64,000 bases of DNA. Origin: Eledone cirrhosa. Lineage: Eukaryota. The position numbers and the translations under genes were made by a program. Location: NCBI GenBank assembly GCA_964016885.1, contig OZ024741.1, forward strand, positions 370,512,001 to 370,576,000, in the 5' to 3' direction. This document shows, in pieces, positions 53,097 through 64,000 of this stretch (position 1 is the stretch's first letter; each line of letters opens with the position of its first letter). The notes below the pieces were generated by a model. That model was not told the origin of the DNA and did no database searches. It worked only from the letters and a program-made list of their open reading frames with translations.

Positions 53097-55019
53097 TGTA
53101 TACCAAATTACAAAAGACTTCAATGGCAATCCACAATATCTTATACTTCTCACTAATTTCTTTTGTTGAAACCATATATAAGCAGACCTTTTACTTCCCG
53201 TTATTCTTGGAACATAAAGGTTTCTGGCATGAAATTGTGGTGGAAGGCATTTATTATCAAATAAGATTATCTATACTAGTCTATGATATGCCATTGGGCC
53301 TTCATTCTCTATAGAATTGAAGTGCCACAGTAGAAGAATTTATACCTCGTAGAACCCATCCCTTTCCACATCTGAATTAAGCCGATTTCTTTGAGCGAAA
53401 AAGAGAGTACTGGGTGCATTTTTTTATGGATACCAAAAGGGGGAAAGACAAATGTAATCCCAGTGTGCAGAAAGCCAGCGCTAATCCCACAAAGCGTCCT
53501 ATCCGACAGTCATTTTGCCTCATCAATGTGTCTTGGACGGCAGAACACCTAACAGCAAACGATCATCCCTTTCCGTAGTGATTTGCTCTCCTCTAGGACA
53601 TCACATTCAGTGACACCTTCTCCAGCAGCAACCTGGAGCATTTAGCTGTCGAGGTGTTGGCCGCTATCCGATAAGTTTGTCGCTGAACCAGAAGTTGTGG
53701 AGATTTTCGTTGCTCTTGGTCTCCGCTCCACTTCTCTACTCACTACCATCGTGGCGGAGTTGGCCGCCTGTATGTTTGAGCCTCGCGAATTGGATTGGCT
53801 ATTCATTGGCTTTCTCTATTCTGTCTACTGGAACCGCAACATGGCCATCGCCTGAGTTCCAGCACGCCAGATATCTCTCCACCAAACAGTCCAGGCCCGT
53901 ATCTTTGAGGAAGCGATGTTTCAGCACACATTTAAGGCAACTATGTATTTAAGGCAACTGTGACAACACATTTGTAAAATTGTCAATTGTCTTTCAATAA
54001 AAGAACGTGCTCACTTTGGAACCTCTAATATCGGATATCAGTTTATGATGTCTAATTTTTAAACTTTTGATACCAAACCACTTGAAACTACATCTGGTTC
54101 TACGATACAAACTTGTTTGTTTTAAAGTGTTGATATTTATTTAAAAAGCTTTCATCGTAATTTTCTATAAGATTTGTGTTCGAAACACCATTTTGTTTAA
54201 TGTGAAATTTTGTTATGCTACTAAACCCCTACAAAACCTTGATTATTTTCACAATGATTTGAAAACTTTAAGCAGTGTTTTTTTCATTAGAAATATGACA
54301 AAGGAAATATTAAATTGTTTATATTTACCCATAAAATATTCCACCATAAAAAAAAAAAATTTATTAAGATATATTCCATACAGCAACTTTATAAGGAAAA
54401 AGTTAATTATTTTACTAAATTCCTCGAAATTCTTCATTATTTTCAAAATTATTTGAAGATTATATATAGTCTTTCATTAGAAATAAGTTGATGAAAGGGT
54501 TAAGTTAAGTACGGACACTTTAAAACATGGGGTTTGACAGTCTCTGATTGGTTGGCATCACTAGACGATGCTGCGATGTTGCAATGGGCTTTAAGCCCTA
54601 GGTCAGCTATGATGAAGCAAAACTATCAACAAAAGCGTTCCTGCCATGACAGCAACATGTGTTGTTGTTTTTTTCATTAGATAGAACATATTCAGTACTA
54701 CATTACCGAATGTGATTATCCCTCTTATAAAAACGTTGAGTGGGATATCTTAGGGAGATTTGTTTGCTATTTCTAACAGACCATTCTCCTTCGTAGAGGT
54801 TTCCTTGTTAACTCGAGATATAAAATGTTTGTAAATTGAGTGAGTGAATCATCGCCCTATCTTCTCCTCCAGGAGTTATTCTCACCATTGCTCTATTTTC
54901 TCATACCTCTCCACACACTCTCTCTCTTTATCTTTCTCTCTCGTCGCTCTTCCTTTCTCCCCCTTTCTCTCTCTCTTTCTAACTCCTCTCTAAAGTTCCA
55001 AGTTATTCTATACACTCAT

Positions 55020-55044
55020 TTGTTGTTGTTGTTGCTACTGCCGC

Positions 55045-55096
<52 letters not shown>

Positions 55097-55190
55097 CTTC
55101 TTCTTCTTCTTCTTCTTCTTCTTCTTCTTCTTCTTCTTCTTCTTCTTCTTCTTCTTCTTCTTCTTCTTCTTCCTCCTCCTCCTCCCCCTC
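55020..55190. repeat. (TTG)n-(TTC)n-(TCC)n compound microsatellite
   Basis: Direct reading. Confidence 0.95.
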
Positions 55191-55409
55191 CGCCTTCGTA
55201 TTATCATTATTCATGCTTCTTTCAGCTTCCCACTCTTCTTCCTCCTTCTACTGCTTTCTTTCCCCCTTCCCCATCCCTCTTTCTCTCTTCCTTTCTCTTT
55301 TCTTCACCCCCTCTCTCCCTCACACCTCAACCCTCAACTTCATGTCTGTCCCACTACATGAAGTTAACAAAGACGGATCATTGCCATATATTATTGATAA
55401 GAACCATCA

Positions 55410-55544
55410 TTACTGTTACTACTACTACTACCACTACAGCTACCACTACAACAACTGCTGCTGTTACACCTACTACTACTACAACTACTACTACTATAAC
55501 TACTACTACTACTACTGCTACTACTACTACTGCCATTACTATTG

Positions 55545-55575
<31 letters not shown>

Positions 55576-55650
55576 GACTACTACTGCCATTACTACTACT
55601 ACTGCCATTACTACTGCTACTACTACTACTACTACTACTACTACTGCCAT

Positions 55651-55714
<64 letters not shown>

Positions 55715-55727
55715 GCCATTACTACTG

Positions 55728-55768
<41 letters not shown>

Positions 55769-55790
55769 GCCATTACTACTACTACTACTG

Positions 55791-55855
<65 letters not shown>

Positions 55856-55856
55856 G

Positions 55857-55915
<59 letters not shown>

Positions 55916-55917
55916 GT

Positions 55918-55990
<73 letters not shown>

Positions 55991-55991
55991 G

Positions 55992-56044
<53 letters not shown>

Positions 56045-56046
56045 GT

Positions 56047-56128
<82 letters not shown>

Positions 56129-56129
56129 G

Positions 56130-56191
<62 letters not shown>

Positions 56192-56193
56192 GT

Positions 56194-56268
<75 letters not shown>
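55410..56268. repeat. ~860-bp (TAC)n array with TGCCAT/TGCCAC/TGTCAC interruptions
   Basis: Direct reading. Confidence 0.95.
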
Positions 56269-56424
56269 AAAAGGGTCACGCGCATACACAACATATTTTA
56301 ACCTTCAACCTCTTCTAATTCGATACACAATATCTCCTGCACAATTTCATCACAATTTCATCATACGGCAGCAAGTCAACACCCAGTTTACCCTAGCCCA
56401 GCCACACATAATATCAGTTTTGCC

Positions 56425-56925
56425 CTACCCCTAAATTCACCCTAGCTCTACCTAAATTCATTCCAGCCCTGCCCTGCCCCACCTAAATTCACCTCAACTT
56501 CATCTAAAGTAACCCACCCCAACTTTTATTCACCCCATCCATACCTAAAATCACCCACCCCTACTAAAATTCATAAATCCTAGCCTCAAAGTCACCACAC
56601 CCCTACTTAAAGTCACCCTACCCCTACCTAAAGTCACCCCACCCCTACCTAAAGTCACCCCACCACTACCTAAAGTCACCCCCACCCCCTACCTAAAATC
56701 ACCCCACCTCTACCTAAAGTCACCCTACCACCTACCCCTAAAGTAACCCCACCCTACCTAAAGTCACCCCACCAACTACCCCTAAAGTCACCCCTACCAC
56801 CTACCCCTAAAGTGACCCCACCCCTAATTAAAGTCACCCCCACTCCTACCTAAAGTCACCCCACCCCTACCTAAAGTCACCCCACCCCTACTACTAAAGT
56901 CACCCCTTTTACACCTAAAATCACC
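56425..56925. repeat. ~21-bp minisatellite CCCCTACCTAAAGTCACCCCA
   Basis: Tandem copies with ~21-nt period, more decayed at the left edge. Confidence 0.9.
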
Positions 56926-57009
56926 ACTATCCCACATCCCTCGCGCCATCACCACATAGACTCACCCTCTACCTAAAGTCAACACCACCTCTCTGTCTAC
57001 AAAAACACC

Positions 57010-57615
57010 ACCTATCTATCCACCGAAACCTCACCTCCTTGTCCACCCCATCACTACTTCCTTGTCCTCTCATACCCCACCTCTCTGTTCACCAAACCCC
57101 CACCATCCTGTCCACCCAAGCCTCACCTCCTTGTCCCCTCTTCCCCACATCTCTGTCCACCAAACCCCCACCACCCTGTCCACCCACGCCTCACCTCTCT
57201 GTCCCTTCATACCCACTTCTCTGTCCACCAAACCCCACCATCCTGTCCACCCACGCCTCACCTCCTTGTCCTTTCATCCCCACTTCTCTGTCCACAAACC
57301 CCCACCATCCGGTCCACCCAAGCCTCACCTCCTTGTCCCCTCATACCCACTTCTCTGTCCACCAAACCCCCAACAGCCTGTCCACCCACGCCTCACCTCC
57401 TTGTCCTTTCATCCCCACTTCTCTGTCCACCAAACCCCCCCATCCTGTCCACCCACGCCTCACCTCCTTGTCCCCTCATCGCCACCTCTCTGTCCACCAA
57501 ACCCCCACCATCCTGTCCACCCAAGCCTCACCTCCTTGTCCCCTCATCCCCACCTCTCTGTCCACCAAACCCCCACCATCCTGTCCACCCAGGCCTCACC
57601 TCCTTGTCCACCCAG
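57010..57615. repeat. ~68-bp C-rich minisatellite (~9 copies)
   Basis: CCACCATCCTGTCCACCC recurs every 67-68 nt. Confidence 0.9.
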
Positions 57616-57730
57616 GCCCCAACTCCCTGCTCCCCCAGACCTACTTCCCTGTCCACCTCTGAGACCATCATGTCTACCCTATTCCCGTCTTCTGACTATA
57701 ACAAATTATAAGACATTTTAAAAAGATAAC

Positions 57731-58250
57731 AAATGGGGCCTCCATCGGATACAACGATGACTCCTTCATCAAATGGGGCCTCCATCGGAAACAACGATTA
57801 CTCCTTCATCAAATGGGGCCTCCATCGGAAACAACGATGACTCCTTCATCAAATGGGGCCTCCATCGGAAACAACGATTACTCCTTCATCAAATAGGGCC
57901 TCCATCCGAAGCAACAATGACTCCTTCAACAAATGGGGGCTCCATCAGATATAACGATAACAGCTTCATCAAATAGGGCCTCCATCGGAAACAACGATTA
58001 CTGCTTCAATAAATGAGGCCTCCATCGGATACAACAATGACTCCTTCATCAACTGGGGCCTCCATCGGATACAACGATGACTCCTTCAATAAATGGGGCC
58101 TCCATCGGATACAACGATGACTCCTTCATCAACTGGGGCCTCCATCGGATACAACGATGACTCCTTCAACAAATAGAGCCTCCATCGGATACAACGATGA
58201 CTCCTTCAATAAATGGGGCCTCCATCGAATGCAAAAATGACTCATTCAAT
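57731..58250. repeat. 40-bp minisatellite (~13 copies)
   Basis: AAATGGGGCCTCCATCGGATACAACGATGACTCCTTCATC in tandem. Confidence 0.95.
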
Positions 58251-58254
58251 AAAA

Positions 58255-58948
58255 GACGATAATGAAGATGGTGGTGGTGGTGATGATAATGATGATGGTG
58301 GTGGTGGGGATAATGATGATGGTGGTGGTGGGGATAATGATGATGGTGGTGGTGATGATAATGATGATGGTGCTGGTGATGATAATGATGATGGTGGTGG
58401 TGGGGATAACGATGATGGTGGTGGTGATGATAATGATGAGATGGTGGTGGGGATAATGATGAGATGGTGGTGGTGATGATAATGATGATGGTGGTGGGGA
58501 TAATGATGATAGTGGTGGTGGGGATAATGATGAGATGGTGGTGGGGATAATGATGATAGTGGTGATGATAATGATGAGATGGTGGTGGGGATAATGATGA
58601 TAGTGGTGGTGATAATGATGAGATGGTGGTGGTGATGATAATGATGATGGTGGTGGGGATAATGATGATGGTGGTGGTGGGGATAATGATGAGATGGTGG
58701 TGGGGATAATGATGATAGTGGTGATGATAATGATGAGATGGTGGTGGGGATAATGATGATAGTGGTGGTGATAATGATGAGATGGTGGTGGTGATGATAA
58801 TGATGATGGTGGTGGTGATTGTGCTGCTGCTGGTGAGGTTGATGAGGTGTTGACAATAGCGATGATGATGATGATTGTGTTGATGATGACGATGACGACA
58901 ATGACTACGATGATGATGATGGTGAAGATGATCATGAGAAGATGGATT

Positions 58949-58993
<45 letters not shown>

Positions 58994-59027
58994 GAGAAAG
59001 AGAGAAAGAGAGAAAGAAAGAGAGAAA

Positions 59028-59109
<82 letters not shown>

Positions 59110-59138
59110 GAGAAAGAGAGAAAGAAGAAAGAAAGAAA

Positions 59139-59175
<37 letters not shown>

Positions 59176-59220
59176 AGAAGAGAGAAAGAGAGAAAGAAAG
59201 AAAGACAAAAAAGAAGAAAG

Positions 59221-59273
<53 letters not shown>

Positions 59274-59302
59274 AAGAGAGAAAGAAAGAGAGAAAGAAAG
59301 AG

Positions 59303-59341
<39 letters not shown>

Positions 59342-59537
59342 AGAGAGAGAAAGAAAGAAAGAAAGAAGAAAGAAAGAAGAAAGAAAGAAGAGAAGAAAGA
59401 AGAGAAAGAAAGAAAGAAAGAAGAAAGAAAGAAAGAAAGACAAGAAAGAGAAAGAAGAAAGAAAGAAAGAAAGAAAGAAAGAAGGAAAGAAAGAAAGAAA
59501 GAAAGATAGAAAGAAAGAAAGAAAGAAAGAAAGAGAG
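58255..59537. repeat. (GAT/GGT) higher-order array followed by a (GAAA)n polypurine tract
   Basis: Direct reading. Confidence 0.95.
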
Positions 59538-60018
59538 TAAGAAGCACATGAAAGGCCATCAGCAACAAAGAGTAAGAAGAGCATGAAGTGATCAATAGAC
59601 AAATAGATTGTTAATTAGATTTCACAGTTGTTGATTGGTTTTTTGTGAAATCAATTTAGTGTTTATTGTTATCAAAGTTTCACTTCGATTATAAACATCT
59701 GATTAATCTGTATGTTTGTGTGGCTGTGTATGTATGTATGTATATGTGTATGTGTATGTATGTATGTATGTGTGTATGTATGTATGTATGTATGTATGTA
59801 TGTATGTATGTATGTGTGTATGTATGTATGTATGTGTGTATGTATGTATGTATGTGTGTATGTATGTATGTAGGTTTGTATGTATGTATGTTTGTTTGTA
59901 TGTGTGGCTGTGTATGTATGTATGTATGTGTGTATGTATGTTTCTATGTATGTATGTAGGTTAGTATGTATGTATGTTTGTTTGTTTGTGTGTATGTATG
60001 TATATATGTGTGATGTAC

Positions 60019-60082
<64 letters not shown>

Positions 60083-60483
60083 TGCATGTACATATGTATG
60101 TATATATGTATATATATGTGATATATATGATGTATATATGATGTATATATGTATGTGATGTATGTATGTATGTATATATGTATATATATATATGTGTGTG
60201 ATGTATGTATTTATGTATGTATACATGTACATATATATATATGTATATATGTATATATGTATGTATATATGTATGTTTTAAGTATGTGGTGTATATATAC
60301 ATATATATATGTATAGATAGATATATAATATTGTAAATTTGGTGATTTGTCAAGTAAACCAATACTAAAGAAGGTATAATGAGAATCTTTAAATAAACAA
60401 AATTAAATTTCCCTTCTTAAATATGTGTGTACGTGTGTGTGTGCATGTGTATACTGTGTGTGTGCATGTATGTGCATATGTGT

Positions 60484-60523
<40 letters not shown>

Positions 60524-60923
60524 GTGTCTGTGTGTGTGTGTGTCTGTGTGCGTACGTACAGACACAAGAACACATTAGCATACAAATATATATGTATATA
60601 TGTAAGTATGTTATGTATGTATGTATGTGTATATATGTATTTATGTATGTATGTATGTATGTATGTATGCGTGTATGTATGTATGTATGTATGTATGTAT
60701 GTATGTATGTATGTATGTATGCGTGTGTATGTATATATGTATGTATGTGCGTATACAAAATAAGTCTTATCAGTTTTTAAGTTGGCAACATTAAATCTAA
60801 TATAACCGCGTGTGTATGCGTGTGTGTGTGTGTAAATGCATATGTAAGTTGATATACATACATACAAATATATATTTACATACATTTAAATAAATATATA
60901 TACATACATATAAATATATATAT

Positions 60924-61005
<82 letters not shown>

Positions 61006-61084
61006 GTATATATATATATTTATATAAGATTGTGTAAATATATATATATACATACATATATACACAGACACACACACACACACA

Positions 61085-61177
<93 letters not shown>

Positions 61178-61439
61178 AAATTTTCGTGTGTGCAGATATA
61201 GAGGGTATTTGATGTTGTTGTTGATGAAAGAAACGAAATAAGTAAGTAAATCTTTTAAAAACAAGATGGAAGGTAAATGAAATTTTCCAAAATGGCGTTT
61301 TTAATCAAAGTTCAATTGAATAAAGTTGAAGAGATTTGACAAATTAGATAATTCCACCGTATTCTTTACTTTCGATAGATTCAATTGTCTATTATCGCAT
61401 TTTTACAAATATTTAATCCTTTTCAGAAAGAAAATTTAA

Positions 61440-61527
<88 letters not shown>

Positions 61528-61534
61528 GTATATA

Positions 61535-61575
<41 letters not shown>

Positions 61576-61604
61576 CTATATATATACATACATACATACA
61601 TATA

Positions 61605-61673
<69 letters not shown>

Positions 61674-62280
61674 GGATGAGTATGTGTGTGTGTGTACCTC
61701 TGTGTGTGTGTATGTATGTACGTATACACCGTTTATTTCTTTTCACTCGATGGATTCATAAATATATACATACAGACAGAAATAAACATACATATATTCA
61801 TATATACATATATTTGCACACACATATATGCTTTGCATATATTTATACATACAAGCATATATACATATATACATAATATTCTTATACATCTACACATACC
61901 TTCATTCATGCATTCATATATACACAAATGCTTGTGTAATGATATGGTTATGTATGTATTTACTAAATTCAATAGATATATGTTATTTGTACATATACAT
62001 AAATATATGTATATATGTATGGGTGTGTGTGTATATGATGTATATATGTGTGTATGTATGTTTATGTGTGCCTATGTATGTGTATACATGTATGTAAGTA
62101 TATGCTATATGTATATATGTATAAAAGTATTTATGTTTGTAACATGTATGTTATATATATATACACGGGTGTGTATGATTGTGTATAGAAGATTATATTA
62201 ATAAATTATATATATATAATGTACATAATATATATATCTCTCTTCTCTCTCTCTCCCTCTCCCCCCTCTCTCTCTCTCTG

Positions 62281-62317
<37 letters not shown>

Positions 62318-62688
62318 GCTGGGGTGCTCGTATGTGAATGGTAGAACGTGAGAGAGGACGTAAGGGATTGAAGGAGCAATTTCAGTGTATTTTCACAAAC
62401 AAAACCTCAATGCTGACACACACACACACACACAAACAGCACACACACATACAGAGAGGAAGGGGGTGAGGCTGGTAATCTTTAAAAATTATTTTATTAA
62501 ACTATAGTAATTGTATATATATAATTATATAGATACCTATGTGTATCTGTCTGAATATAGTTTTACTAATGATTTGAGCACTCTTGCAGTCACATACTCA
62601 CGCGTGCGTGCACACTTATATATTTATATATATACATTTGCATTGAAATATGAATTCATACACATATACGTTATATATACATATCCAT

Positions 62689-62762
<74 letters not shown>

Positions 62763-62974
62763 CTATTGTCATCTTGCCTGACGGTTTGAACTTTACAAAA
62801 CCACCTGCCTCTTTGAGGTCAAATACCAACCCTACTACCATCTACAAACTGACCAATGATAATCAAGACTATTCCTGCTGACAACATTAATTTATTTCTA
62901 ACAAGCTCATATGTCCCAACGCTCTGATACCTTCAAGACTATAAACACAGACCTGGCATATCTAAGAACTGACT

Positions 62975-63030
62975 AACTGCCTGATGAGGTCATAGCCATT
63001 CAATGGGTATCATCGAAATATATACACCAG
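62975..63030 (+). ncRNA. Degenerate hammerhead-like motif
   Basis: CUGAUGA, imperfect long stem II, GAAAUAUAU; stem I poorly paired. Confidence 0.35.
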
Positions 63031-63072
63031 TAAATAAAGGATTATGAGTTGATGCAATTGACTTATGTTTCG

Positions 63073-63140
<68 letters not shown>

Positions 63141-63407
63141 AGTACAGCATATTCGAAGTTCGATCAGCAGCCAAGCCAACGAATGTCTTCAGTAGTGGAG
63201 CCAAGCACTCGACAAGGAACAAACCTCAGAGTAATAACATACAGTTTAAAAGGGCTTGCAAATTGAAAATAGCGACCGGTAATTTAGCCGCGTGATCTGT
63301 ATCAACGAAAGAACTGACTAGTGAGAATGGATATACACACACACATATATATATACATATAAAAATATACATACATACATACATATATGCACATATCTGT
63401 ATATATA

Positions 63408-63492
<85 letters not shown>

Positions 63493-63702
63493 AAGTCCAA
63501 AATTAAGATAAAATGAATTAAATGAATTTAACCTAAATCGAAATCATGGGTGTCATGACATAATGCATGCGCCATATATCCTGGGAATTTAAGCTCAAAG
63601 ATAAATAAATCCGAGCATATGGTTACACGCGAGCAAAAATTATCTCCTGTGATTATTCATGTATATTTATATGTTAATCAATCTCTAGTTATTATAGATA
63701 TA

Positions 63703-63769
<67 letters not shown>

Positions 63770-64000
63770 CATACATGTTAGAAACATAAATACTTTTATA
63801 CATATATACATATAGCATATACTTACATACATGTATACACATACATAGGCACACATATACATACATACACACATATATACATCATATACACACACACATA
63901 CATACATACATACATGCATACATACATACATACATACATACATGGTGGCTGACAACTCGTTTTCGAGTACGGCCACTACTTTATATCCATGCAGGAGAAC

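Noticed and set aside
53570-53930. GC-richer patch as an exon or LINE fragment
   Set aside because: The frames examined gave no convincing motif.
55358-56434. Poly-Thr mucin-like ORF
   Set aside because: Several frames are open because (TAC)n lacks stops in them; no signal peptide or splice support.
57731-58250. 40-bp array as a CRISPR array or tandem hammerheads
   Set aside because: There are no unique spacers; the minus strand has UUGAUGA..CCGAUG rather than CUGAUGA..GAAA.

Overview
AT-rich eukaryotic DNA saturated with microsatellites; the repeat content suggests a cephalopod such as Octopus (inference). No convincing host protein-coding gene was found, and most listed ORFs are microsatellite artefacts. 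Main content: (1) two full-length, head-to-tail Tx1-clade (L1 group) non-LTR retrotransposons on the minus strand (25251-30952 decayed; 30973-36678 intact except one extra base in a G9 run). Every junction is a (GATA)n tract and ORF2 has no AUG. (2) A dense set of type-I hammerhead ribozyme (HHR) motifs from about 7-8 unrelated short repeat families, hand-folded and mostly lying next to (TA)n tracts. They include a ~490-nt unit inserted as a 1.4-mer between 13-bp target-site duplications and a ~434-nt tandem unit, consistent with retrozymes or Penelope pLTRs; a Penelope GIY-YIG relic is also present. (3) Many tRNA-derived SINEs, RTE-like LINE relics, DNA-transposon and Helitron remnants, fold-back palindromes, and a 4.5-kb block of successive tandem arrays.
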